Assembly: GCA_002432025.1 (NCBI GenBank)
Contig: DJFE01000015.1
Location: 17,718 to 81,717 of the forward strand
Length of the DNA: 64,000 bases
From: Candidatus Avelusimicrobium stercoris
GTDB lineage: Bacteria; Elusimicrobiota; Elusimicrobia; Elusimicrobiales; Elusimicrobiaceae
Reading direction: 5' to 3'
The notes below the pieces were generated by a model. The model was not told the DNA's origin. It ran no database searches and saw only the letters and a list, made by a program, of their open reading frames with translations. This document shows positions 49,719-58,884 of this stretch, piece by piece. Within the stretch, counting starts at the first letter, position 1. The number at the start of each line of letters is the position of its first letter. Both the position numbers and the translations under genes were made by a program.

Positions 49719-49746
49719 TTGTTTTATTTTTTTTTTTTGTTAAAAT
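49719..49746 (+). promoter_or_regulatory. Putative pilin promoter with T12 tract in the spacer
   Basis: TTGTTT (49719-24), 16-nt spacer containing T12 (49727-38), then TG-t-TAAAAT (49738-46). Confidence 0.5.
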
Positions 49747-49847
49747 TTTGACAATTAAGGCCGGACATACCCGGATGTATCTGCCGTATAAAAATGCGTA
49801 TAAAAGGCCGTTTTGCTCAAATATAAAGGCCTTAACAAGGAGAAAAA

Positions 49848-50543
49848 ATGAAAAATTTTATGAATACTTTATTGTCATTCCAGGGCCCGCGTACAAGCGG
49901 GAACCTGGAATCCAGAAATAAAATAAGGAGTTTTTCTAATAAACGGACTGGATCCCGGGTCCACGCCCGGGATGACAACTACCACTACAACGGCAGATCC
50001 CGTATAAAGACACTACGGGATAACGGCTTAACAACAAGTGGCCGCGCGGCGAATACTTTTCGCACGGCAACAACGGGCTTTACCTTAATAGAACTTCTAG
50101 TAGTCGTGCTTATCATTGGCATTTTGGCAGCGGTGGCGGTACCGCAATACACCAAGGCGGTGGAAAAAGCCCGGGTAACCGAAATGATAACCGTCTATCG
50201 CACAATGGAAAAAGCAATCAATATGTATGTTTTGGCTAATGGTTCTACTGACGGGATGGATATGGAGTCGTTAGATGTGAATTTTCCTGATTTTACTTGG
50301 AACGGGCGTTATTATTGTAATTCCAAAGACCTTTGTATTGATCTGAGAGAGGGGTACCTCTTGGTAGGCCTTTGGGGGCGTGAGGCAGGTGCGTCCGGAC
50401 GCGAAAGCGGCGGGGCACCCAATTATTATGTTGATGCCCATTTTAATAGGGATGGTTCCCATACTAATTCTTATGCCAGTTGTTATGTGGATATTAGTAA
50501 AATGGGATTGGAAAATTTGGGCTTTACGGAGATTGGCTGCTAA
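49848..50543 (+). CDS. Type IV pilin (PilE-like) with 77-aa repeat-derived leader
   Basis: AAGGAG RBS; G|FTLIELLVVVLIIGILAAVAVPQY at codon 77/78; four Cys in the globular domain. Confidence 0.9.
   Translation: MKNFMNTLLSFQGPRTSGNLESRNKIRSFSNKRTGSRVHARDDNYHYNGRSRIKTLRDNGLTTSGRAANTFRTATTGFTLIELLVVVLIIGILAAVAVPQYTKAVEKARVTEMITVYRTMEKAINMYVLANGSTDGMDMESLDVNFPDFTWNGRYYCNSKDLCIDLREGYLLVGLWGREAGASGRESGGAPNYYVDAHFNRDGSHTNSYASCYVDISKMGLENLGFTEIGC
49872..50027. repeat. Three in-frame palindromes within the prepilin leader
   Basis: attccagg..cccgc/gcggg..cctggaat (49877-49911), atcccggg/cccgggat (49952-49973), 39-nt family copy (49989-50027). Confidence 0.85.
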
Positions 50544-50557
50544 TTGTAAAATTTTTT

Positions 50558-50598
50558 AAACCACCCCGCCGGGTATATACCTAGCGGGGTGGTTTTTT
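50558..50598. terminator. Terminator after the pilin
   Basis: aaaccaccccgc...gcggggtggtttttt. Confidence 0.75.
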
Positions 50599-51530
50599 CA
50601 AAATATTTTGGGTGGTTTGGCGCGTGCGGCGGCAAATAAAAGCGCGTCCGTCATACTGGACGGATTGGCGATGTTTTGCCCCGAAATATCAAAGGCCGTG
50701 CCGTGGGTAGGGGAAACCCGCAGGAATTTTAGCCCCGCCGTAATGTGTACAATCGGCTTTTTTGCGGCCAGTTTTAGGCCCAGCAGGGCTTGGTCGTGAT
50801 ACATACACAAAAGCCCGTCGTATTTCCCAGCCGCGTGGGCCAACCACAAGGCGTCTGCGGGCAGGGGCCCGTCGGCCTTTATCCTGTGGCGGCGCAGGGC
50901 TTTTATTGTGGGCAAAATTACCTCGTTTTCCTCAGTTCCGAATTTGCCATTGTCGCTTGCGTGCGGGTTTAGGGCGCACACGGCGATATGGGGGCTTTTT
51001 ATACCCAGTTGCTTTAAGGCGCGGTTAAAGTGTATGGCAGACTCTACAATACGCTCCTTTGTCAGCAAGCGGGGCAAGTCCGCAATAGCAAAATGCTCCG
51101 TTACGAGCCCGCAGCGCAGGGCCCCACTAACAAACATCATTAGTCCTTCTTTGCCTGCGCGCTCGCGCAACAGTTCGGTATGCCCTGTGTAGGGCACGCC
51201 GTACAGGGCCCAACTTTGTTTGTTGATAGGGGCCGTAACCAGCGGACTTTTGGTTTTAAGGGCCAGTTTAATGCCCAGTTCCACCGCCTTGTAGGAGGTT
51301 TCCCCACCCGCAAAGGACGGAACGGGTTTATCCGGCAGGGGGGCGGAAGCGTCAATAGCAATCAAGCGGGCCAATTTATCCGAAAAACCCGCACGCACCA
51401 GCGAGGTGGGTTCCCCGATGACTACCGGGAGACACGCGCGCTGTACGAGCGGGTTCTTTAAAGATTTTACTGTTACCTCCGGGCCAATCCCCAACGGGTC
51501 CCCGGCGGTAATCAAAACTATGGGCTTCAT
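50598..51530 (-). CDS. pdxA: 4-hydroxythreonine-4-phosphate dehydrogenase PdxA family
   Basis: GDPLGIGPE, TAPINK, GHTE, LNPHA, MYHDQ, SPTHGTAFDI; start ATG 51530. Confidence 0.92.
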   Translation of the reverse strand: MKPIVLITAGDPLGIGPEVTVKSLKNPLVQRACLPVVIGEPTSLVRAGFSDKLARLIAIDASAPLPDKPVPSFAGGETSYKAVELGIKLALKTKSPLVTAPINKQSWALYGVPYTGHTELLRERAGKEGLMMFVSGALRCGLVTEHFAIADLPRLLTKERIVESAIHFNRALKQLGIKSPHIAVCALNPHASDNGKFGTEENEVILPTIKALRRHRIKADGPLPADALWLAHAAGKYDGLLCMYHDQALLGLKLAAKKPIVHITAGLKFLRVSPTHGTAFDISGQNIANPSSMTDALLFAAARAKPPKIF

Positions 51531-51612
51531 ACCGTATTCCAAAATAAAGTTTCGGGAAAAAGCAGCAAGTTGCCCTTTTATTTTATAACTATCTGTATGG
51601 CTTTGCCAAGAA

Positions 51613-52782
51613 TTATTTTTTAACTTCGGCCTTTTTGGCTTCGGCTTGCTTGGCGGCTTCTTCTTTTAAAAGCGCGTCCGATTCAAAGGTTTTCGTAACC
51701 TTTACGTCGGCTTTGTCGTACAATTCTTCAATGTATTTGCCCATAGCGGCTTGTACGCGCTGTTGGGCCAAATACTGGGCCAAATCGCGCGAAATATCTT
51801 CGTACGAAATGGAGCGTTCGGCGCGTTTTTCTTTAATTTTAATAATGTGGATGCCGACTTCGCTTTTAATCGGGTCGCTTACTTTTCCGACGGCTAAGGT
51901 AAAGGCTTTGTCGTCAATGGCCTTGGGGGCGATGCCTTTAATCAAAATCATATCGCCGCCGCTGGCGAGAGCGTTTTTGTCCTCGGTGTATTTTTTAACG
52001 GCCACGGAAAAGTCCATACCGCCGTCCAATTCTTTTTTAATTTGTTTGGCCAAGGCTTCTTTTTTGGCGATTTCCTCGGGTTTCATATCCTTGGTGGTGG
52101 CCAAATAAATGTGCCCGATGCGCACCTGTTCGCCGGTGAGTTGTTTTAATTTGGCGGCAATGGCTTGCGCTTCTTTGAGTTTTGCGGGGTCTTCTTTTTC
52201 AAGCGCTTTGATTTTTTTGGTGTTGTTCTTCATTACCGCTTCCACGTTAGCATAGAGGGCTTTTGCGTCGGCCTCTTCCACGGGGGTAACGGTGGCTTGG
52301 AGTTTTTGCTCCATTAATTTGCGCACGGCAATATCTTTGGAAAGTTTATTTTTGTACGCCTTTAAACTCATCCCTTGCTTTTTAAGCGCTTCGGTAAAGC
52401 GTTTGTCCGCGCCTTTGGCATCCTGTTTGCCGGTGGTTTCGTCCACCATAAAGCGGGCCTTAATTTCATTTAATCCGGCGTCCAGTTCGGAATCCTTTAC
52501 CTGAATTTTGGCTTCCTCGGCGGCTTGGTACAACAGTTCCTTGGAAATCAGTTCCTTTAACACCTCGCGGCCCAAAATATCTTGGGCGTAGGGCTGTTTT
52601 AAAAAGTCCGGCGCGGCGGCCTTGTATTGCTCCACAACGCCTTCCAAGTAATTGTCATACTCCGAAGCCAGCACGGGCCGGCCGTTTACCGTGGCGACGG
52701 AGGATTCCATCACCTTGGCTTGTAAATTCATCCCCAACACCGCCAGTAATGCGGCGAGAAATAACTTATTCGCTTTTTTCAT
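51613..52782 (-). CDS. SurA-like periplasmic chaperone / parvulin PPIase
   Basis: Signal peptide, VATVNG, SurA N-domain, HI..., DFS..V.KY.ED, GGD, VSDPIKS..G.HII. Confidence 0.85.
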   Translation of the reverse strand: MKKANKLFLAALLAVLGMNLQAKVMESSVATVNGRPVLASEYDNYLEGVVEQYKAAAPDFLKQPYAQDILGREVLKELISKELLYQAAEEAKIQVKDSELDAGLNEIKARFMVDETTGKQDAKGADKRFTEALKKQGMSLKAYKNKLSKDIAVRKLMEQKLQATVTPVEEADAKALYANVEAVMKNNTKKIKALEKEDPAKLKEAQAIAAKLKQLTGEQVRIGHIYLATTKDMKPEEIAKKEALAKQIKKELDGGMDFSVAVKKYTEDKNALASGGDMILIKGIAPKAIDDKAFTLAVGKVSDPIKSEVGIHIIKIKEKRAERSISYEDISRDLAQYLAQQRVQAAMGKYIEELYDKADVKVTKTFESDALLKEEAAKQAEAKKAEVKK

Positions 52783-53587
52783 AGATTACAACCTCGTATT
52801 TGTTTTTTAAAGAGTCTAGCACGTCGTCCGTTTTTTTGTTTTTCAGCACTTCCCGTATGCGCGGTTCGGCGTCTTTTTTGGACAGGCGGCGTTCCCCTGT
52901 TTTCATTATTATATGAAATCCCTGCGCCGTTTTGAAGAAGCCCTGCGGTTTTCCGGCGGGCGAGTTGGCCGCAATGACGGCGATATTATCCAGGTATTCC
53001 CCCGGCATAAAGGAAAACTGCTTTAACGCGTCGGGCGCAATGCTGTATTGCCGTTCCATTTCCTTCCAGCGCGAAGGGGAGGATTTTAAGGTGCGCAAAA
53101 CTTGGTCGGCGGTTTGGGCGTTATCCACGATAATTTGCTTAATTGTCATTTCGTAGGGGTACTTTTTAAAGTAATCGTCCACCTCGCCGTCGCTGACGGA
53201 AAGGGCGCCATCTTCCTCTAATTTGTGGTACCAAAGGCGTTCTAATGTGTCGGCGGCAAATTCATTATAAATTTGGTCCAGTTGCGCGCGTTTGTCAGCC
53301 AGCAGGGAGCGGTATTCGTCCGAATCTGCTATTCCTGTGGCGCGGGCATCAGCGGCGATTAATTTTTCGCGCGTGATGATTTGTACCAGGTTTTGGCGGC
53401 CCAGCGGGGTTTTGGCAAACTCCCTGTCCTCGGCGGACAGGAACGGCAGACGGTCGTTAATGTCCTGCTCGGTAATGGTTTGCTTGCCAATGCGTGCGGC
53501 GGGCAGATTTTGCACGGGTGCGGAATCCTTATGACACCCCGCCAGCACGAGCGGCAGTAAGAGTAAAAACGGATATTTCATATTCAT
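52766..53587 (-). CDS. Parvulin-type PPIase/PrsA-like lipoprotein
   Basis: Lipobox LAGC, ARIG..TIT, degenerate rotamase domain (FKTAQGFHII). Confidence 0.7.
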   Translation of the reverse strand: MNMKYPFLLLLPLVLAGCHKDSAPVQNLPAARIGKQTITEQDINDRLPFLSAEDREFAKTPLGRQNLVQIITREKLIAADARATGIADSDEYRSLLADKRAQLDQIYNEFAADTLERLWYHKLEEDGALSVSDGEVDDYFKKYPYEMTIKQIIVDNAQTADQVLRTLKSSPSRWKEMERQYSIAPDALKQFSFMPGEYLDNIAVIAANSPAGKPQGFFKTAQGFHIIMKTGERRLSKKDAEPRIREVLKNKKTDDVLDSLKNKYEVVIYEKSE

Positions 53588-53595
53588 ATACTATA

Positions 53596-56500
53596 TCATT
53601 TTTCCTGTCGTAAAATGGTTTCAAAAAATGCAAGCGTTTGCTGGGTAAAGAGTAACGGGTCTTTTCCCCCGGGGGCAATAATGCGCACACCGTCGCCGTT
53701 TTTGGATTTTACAAATTCTATGTTCCCCGGGCCAAAGCGGTTAAAGAGTTCCCCCGGAAAAGCAGGCGGCATTTTAAAACGGTGTGTGAACAGCATTTCC
53801 AAGGCGCCGTCCACCCAGTCTATATGATAGATTTCCAACTTGCCCGCACGGTTGGAGAGCAAAAAGAGTTTGGTTAAGTTTTCCACTTCGGGCGGAACCG
53901 GGCCGCACAAGTCCTGCAAGCGGGCCAAAAGCGTTTTGGTTTTGGCTTCGTCCGCGCTCATCAGTTCCTTATAATATTTTAAGCGTTCTGCGTCGTCCGG
54001 CAGATAATCGGGCGGAATATAGGCGGGCAGGGGCAAATTAACCTTGGCTTGCAGGTTGCGCTCCACGCGCTCGCCCTTTAATTTTTTGACCTCGGCGGCC
54101 ACTAAATCGCAATACAAACTAAGGCCAACCTCGTTTACATATCCGTGCTGTTTTACGCCCAATAATTCGCCCGCGCCGCGGATTTCCATATCGCGCAGGG
54201 CCAAGCGGAACCCGCTGCCCAGGTCGCTAAATTCCATTAATGCGGCCAAGCGTTGGCGGGCTTCTTCGGTCGGGTCCTTTTCCTCTTTGGGCTTCCAATA
54301 TACGGCGGCTAAATCGGTAAAGTTATCCTCTTTTTCGGCAGGTTTTTTAAGCAGCCAATCCGGGTGGAACAAATAGCAATAGGCTTTGGTGCTGCCGCGC
54401 CCGATACGCCCGCGCAACTGGTACAACTGCGCCAGGCCAAAGTTTTGGGCGTTTTCCACAATCAGCGTATTGGCGTTGGTAATGTCTATGCCTGATTCAA
54501 TAATGGTAGAGGCCAGCAGAATATCGTATTTCCCTTTGTTAAAGTCCCACAAGGTTTGTTCCAGTTCCTTTTCGTTCATTTGGCCGTGCGCCATACAAAT
54601 ACGCGCCTGCGGAACGAGTTTTTTAAGGAACAGATAGCGTGATTCCATACTTTGCACGCTGTTATAGACATAGTAAATCTGCCCGCCGCGGGCGAGTTCC
54701 TGCGTAATGGCCGCCGCGGCCAAATCGTTATTCCAAGCGGTTACCACGGTTTTAATCGGCGTGCGGCCCCGGGGCGGCGTATCAATAAGGGAAATGTCGC
54801 GCAGGGAAGCGAGCGATTGGTTTAGGGTGCGCGGAATCGGGGTGGCGCTTAACATCAAGGAGTGAACGCCTGCGCTCATCGCGCGGATTTTTTCCTTTTG
54901 TTTTACGCCAAAACGGTGCTCCTCGTCAATAATCACAAGGCCTAATTGTTTAAAGCGGATGTCTTTGCTCATCAGGCGGTGCGTACCGATGATAATGTCG
55001 CATACGCCGTTTTTTAATTCTTCTATGACGGCTTTTTGCTCCTTGGCGGTTTGGAAGCGGCAAAGCATACGTACCACTACCGGGAAGCCCGCCAACCGTT
55101 TGGAAAAAGTTTTATAATGCTGGTCCGCCAAAATGGTCGTAGGAACCAACACCATTACTTGCTTGCCCGATAAAGCCACCTTTAAGGCGGCGCGCATAGC
55201 CACTTCGGTTTTTCCAAAGCCCACATCGCCTACTAATACGCGGTCCATTGGTTTGGAAAGGTCCAAATCGTGCAAGGTTTCGCGGATGGCCTGCTCTTGC
55301 CCCGGCGTTAAAACATAGGGAAACGAGTCGGCAAATTCCTGTTCAATACGTGCGTCGCCCGAAATTTCGGGCGCTGGGGTGGCTTGCCGCAGGGCTTCCA
55401 GTTTCAAAATTTCCTTGGCGGCCTTTTGCGCTTCTTCTTTTACGCGGCTTTTTACGTCCTTCCACGTTGCCCCGCCTAATACGGACAGCGTCGGCCGTTT
55501 GCCCCCGGCGCCAATGTATTTTTGCACCTTTTTAAAGTCGTACATCGGCACATACAGGCGGCTTCCGCGGCGGTATTCAATAATCAGGCAGTCGGTGGGG
55601 TTTTCCTCTTTATCCATTACTTCCAACCCCAAGTACCGCCCGATGCCGTGCTCTTGGTGGACGACGTAATCGCCCGCCTGTAACTCTTTAAAGCGCACGC
55701 GTTTGGCACCCTCAATATCAAAATGTTTAATTACCCGCGCGGCGTTATAGCGGCGGTTTAAAATTTCGTTGGAGGTGATCAACGCAAAACGCTCCTGCGG
55801 ACTGCAAAAACCTTGGGTTAAGGGGGAAATTTTAAAGGCGGCCTTTTTTAGATGTTCATAATCGGCGGCCAATTCACCCATACGGTCCAATTCGCCGCGG
55901 TTTAAACAGCAAATGGTTACCACAATGTTATGGGCCTGCAAGCCGGCTACTTCTTTATCTAGTAGGTCCATATTGGCGTTAAAGGACACATTGGCTTTTA
56001 GGCCAAAATTCACGCCGTCCGCCGACGGAAGCAGGGTTGTAACCGCGCAGTTGGGATAGGCCGACAGGTCAAACTCTTTATCCGGCTCGTCAAAAATAAA
56101 CGAAAATCCGGGTAAGTAGTCGGCCAAGGTTGCGGGAGTGTCTTTAAATTTTAAGGGGATAATATCGGCTTGTTCCACGTGCTCCTTGGTGTTTTGCGTG
56201 TCTAAGTCGTAGGCGCTAATCATTTCCACGCGGTTGCCCGCAAAATACAGGCGCAAGGGTTCGGGACGGTTTAAACAAAAAATATCTACTACGCTGCCGC
56301 GCGCGGCGTATTGGCCGGGGGCTTCGGCGTATTCCTCCCGCCCGTAGCCGGAATTTTCCAAGCGGTCCAATAATTCCTGGCGGCGCAGGGTGTCGCCCCG
56401 GCGGACAGTAAACAGACGGTTTTTAAAGTCCTGTGGGGTTGGAAGCGGGGTAGAAAGAGATTCGTAATTGGTGCTTAACAGCCGCGGGCCGCCTGCGGGA

Positions 56501-56736
56501 GAAATCAGCGCAAAGAGCGCGTTCATCCGCCCGGTATCGGTTTCCGGCAAGGTGAGCGTTTCGGCTCCGCGCGGGGCAAATTCCTTGGCGGCGTTGTCAA
56601 AATCGTCCGTATCGTGCGCGGTAATAAATACCGCGCTTTTGTTATGGTTTAGATATGTTTGGCACGCAAAATACGCCTTGGCGGCCCCATTTGGCAGGCC
56701 GTAGTAACGGGTGAAGGATTTAGTTGCGTGGCTCAT
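53596..56736 (-). CDS. mfd: Transcription-repair coupling factor Mfd
   Basis: GDYVVHQEHGIG, GDVGFGKTE, IDEEHRFG, SATPIPRT, QLRGRIGR, RDMEIRGAG, TRCF domain. Confidence 0.95.
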   Translation of the reverse strand: MSHATKSFTRYYGLPNGAAKAYFACQTYLNHNKSAVFITAHDTDDFDNAAKEFAPRGAETLTLPETDTGRMNALFALISPAGGPRLLSTNYESLSTPLPTPQDFKNRLFTVRRGDTLRRQELLDRLENSGYGREEYAEAPGQYAARGSVVDIFCLNRPEPLRLYFAGNRVEMISAYDLDTQNTKEHVEQADIIPLKFKDTPATLADYLPGFSFIFDEPDKEFDLSAYPNCAVTTLLPSADGVNFGLKANVSFNANMDLLDKEVAGLQAHNIVVTICCLNRGELDRMGELAADYEHLKKAAFKISPLTQGFCSPQERFALITSNEILNRRYNAARVIKHFDIEGAKRVRFKELQAGDYVVHQEHGIGRYLGLEVMDKEENPTDCLIIEYRRGSRLYVPMYDFKKVQKYIGAGGKRPTLSVLGGATWKDVKSRVKEEAQKAAKEILKLEALRQATPAPEISGDARIEQEFADSFPYVLTPGQEQAIRETLHDLDLSKPMDRVLVGDVGFGKTEVAMRAALKVALSGKQVMVLVPTTILADQHYKTFSKRLAGFPVVVRMLCRFQTAKEQKAVIEELKNGVCDIIIGTHRLMSKDIRFKQLGLVIIDEEHRFGVKQKEKIRAMSAGVHSLMLSATPIPRTLNQSLASLRDISLIDTPPRGRTPIKTVVTAWNNDLAAAAITQELARGGQIYYVYNSVQSMESRYLFLKKLVPQARICMAHGQMNEKELEQTLWDFNKGKYDILLASTIIESGIDITNANTLIVENAQNFGLAQLYQLRGRIGRGSTKAYCYLFHPDWLLKKPAEKEDNFTDLAAVYWKPKEEKDPTEEARQRLAALMEFSDLGSGFRLALRDMEIRGAGELLGVKQHGYVNEVGLSLYCDLVAAEVKKLKGERVERNLQAKVNLPLPAYIPPDYLPDDAERLKYYKELMSADEAKTKTLLARLQDLCGPVPPEVENLTKLFLLSNRAGKLEIYHIDWVDGALEMLFTHRFKMPPAFPGELFNRFGPGNIEFVKSKNGDGVRIIAPGGKDPLLFTQQTLAFFETILRQEK

Positions 56737-56754
56737 AAATACTGCCTTAAACGG

Positions 56755-58884
56755 CTAGAAACTTTGCGGTTCGGTGCCGGATATAAAGGCTTCCAAAAAT
56801 TTGTTCCGCTCGCTGGGCATAGCCAGTTTGCCGGTAATGGGGTTTACATATGCAAAGGAAATTCCTTCCGGCACGGCAAAATCGTCGTTGGGTTCGTCCT
56901 TTAAAATTTCCTGCATAATTTCGGTCCACCAGCGGGCCGTGGTGCTGCCTGTAAAACGCGCTCCGTTTTCGTGAGAAGTGTCGTCGTCGTATCCCATCCA
57001 AGCGGCGGCGGCGGTGTGCGGAGTCATCCCCACGAACCACATATCGCGGTGGCTCTGCGTGGTGCCCGTTTTACCCGCAATGTTGCGGCCCAAGCGCGAT
57101 ACATACGCCCCGCTCCCGCGCTGGACGACGCCTTTCATCATATTGATAAGCAGGTACGAATTTTGCGGAGAGAAGGCGGCTTCCTCTATGGGAACGTGCT
57201 GTTCCAAAATGCGGCCGTTGGCGTCCTCCACGCGTTCAATATAGTAGTTGTCGGTGTGGATACCGCCGTTGGCAAAAGTGGTTAAAGCGGCCAAATGTTC
57301 ATCCATTGCAAGCACGCTTACGCCCAAGGCCAAGGCCGGAACGCGCGGTAAGGGGGCTGTAATGCCCGCCTTTCTCGCTACGCGGATTACTTCGCCCACG
57401 CCGATAGCGTCAATCAAATTGACGGCTACGAGGTTTTTGGATTTTTCCAATGCCTTGCGCAAGGTAATCCACCCCTCGTTGCGCTCCCCATAGTTTTTGG
57501 GAACCCATACGTTAAAATCCTTGCTGGCAATAAAGGATTGCTTGGCTAAATCCAAGGAATACAAATCGGAGTTTTCGTTAAAGGTGCGCCAGTTTCGCCC
57601 GTCGTAATAGAACATTGTGGGCAAGTCCTTTACCAAGGTGGCGGGCGTATAACCCTTTTGCAGGGCGGCCATCCACACATACGGTTTAAAGGAGGAGCCC
57701 GGCTGGCGTTTGGCCTGCGTAGCGCGGTTGAATTTGCTTTCGTCAAAGCCGCGTCCGCCAATCATCACGCGTACCGCACCGGTTTTAACGTCGCGCACCA
57801 TAAAGGCGCCTTGCAGGCGGGGATAGTTTTCCTTGGGCGTTTGGGTATCGGCCTCTTCCTCGGAGTTTGCGGTGTCGGCTTCGGCGTCGTTGGGGTCAAT
57901 TTCAATGCCTAACCCTTTGGCTACCTGTTCGTCGTACTCTTGGAGTTTTTTGTTCATTATTTGCTCGGCCAAGGCCTGCTCTTTAATGTCAATGGTGGTG
58001 TAAATATTTAAGCCCGCTTTCCACAATACGTCCATACCGTATTTGGGTTCCAAAATGCGGCGGATGTGCTCAATAAAATATTGGCCGGGCTGGGCTTCTT
58101 CCTGCGGTTGTTTTTCGGGCAGAGGCTCTTTTTTGGCTTTTTCCAACTCTTCCTGAGAAATATAATTTTGCTGCTGCATTACGTCCAACACCAAATTGCG
58201 GCGCTGGCGGGCCAGGTCCGGGTTGGCAAAGGGGTTATAGCGCCCCGGGGCGGGAATTAAACCCACGATGAGGGCGGCCTCCCCTGTGGTAAGTTCGGAA
58301 AGTTCTTTATTAAAATATTTTTTGGCGGCGGCCTTTACCCCGTAGGAACCGCTGCCTAAATAAATTTCGTTTAAATATAACTGCAAAATTTCCCGCTTGC
58401 TGAACTTGTGTTCAATTTGAATAGCCAAAATAACTTCGCGGATTTTGCGGATGAGTTTCTTTTCCTGCGTTAAAAACACCCCGCGCGAAAGTTGCTGGGT
58501 AAGCGTAGAAGCCCCCTGTTTGGCGCGGCCGGCAACAAGGTCATACAACCCCGCGCGGAAGATGCCGCGGATTGAAATGCCGGGGTGGGAAAAGAACTCC
58601 CGGTCCTCCATAGCCACAACGGCGTTTTGCAGGTCCACCGGGATATCTTCCAGCGGCACCATACTGCGTTTTTCAATGGAAAATTCGTGAATTAAATTGT
58701 TATTGCGGTCAAAAACCTTGGTGGTAACGGCCGGAGTGTATTCCTCCATTTCGTACACGGGCGGCAGGCCGGAAAAGATGTAGCGCATAAATACCGCACA
58801 AACAATAATAAACACAAATAGCCCCGCTAACGCGGAGAAAAGAAATAATTTAGAAAAAATCAATTTTTTTAAGCGTTTAGACAT
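56755..58884 (-). CDS. Class A penicillin-binding protein (PBP1A family)
   Basis: EDREF, QGASTLTQQ, RK..E, YLN, RQPGSSFK, SKN, KTG; start taken at ATG 58884. Confidence 0.93.
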   Translation of the reverse strand: MSKRLKKLIFSKLFLFSALAGLFVFIIVCAVFMRYIFSGLPPVYEMEEYTPAVTTKVFDRNNNLIHEFSIEKRSMVPLEDIPVDLQNAVVAMEDREFFSHPGISIRGIFRAGLYDLVAGRAKQGASTLTQQLSRGVFLTQEKKLIRKIREVILAIQIEHKFSKREILQLYLNEIYLGSGSYGVKAAAKKYFNKELSELTTGEAALIVGLIPAPGRYNPFANPDLARQRRNLVLDVMQQQNYISQEELEKAKKEPLPEKQPQEEAQPGQYFIEHIRRILEPKYGMDVLWKAGLNIYTTIDIKEQALAEQIMNKKLQEYDEQVAKGLGIEIDPNDAEADTANSEEEADTQTPKENYPRLQGAFMVRDVKTGAVRVMIGGRGFDESKFNRATQAKRQPGSSFKPYVWMAALQKGYTPATLVKDLPTMFYYDGRNWRTFNENSDLYSLDLAKQSFIASKDFNVWVPKNYGERNEGWITLRKALEKSKNLVAVNLIDAIGVGEVIRVARKAGITAPLPRVPALALGVSVLAMDEHLAALTTFANGGIHTDNYYIERVEDANGRILEQHVPIEEAAFSPQNSYLLINMMKGVVQRGSGAYVSRLGRNIAGKTGTTQSHRDMWFVGMTPHTAAAAWMGYDDDTSHENGARFTGSTTARWWTEIMQEILKDEPNDDFAVPEGISFAYVNPITGKLAMPSERNKFLEAFISGTEPQSF

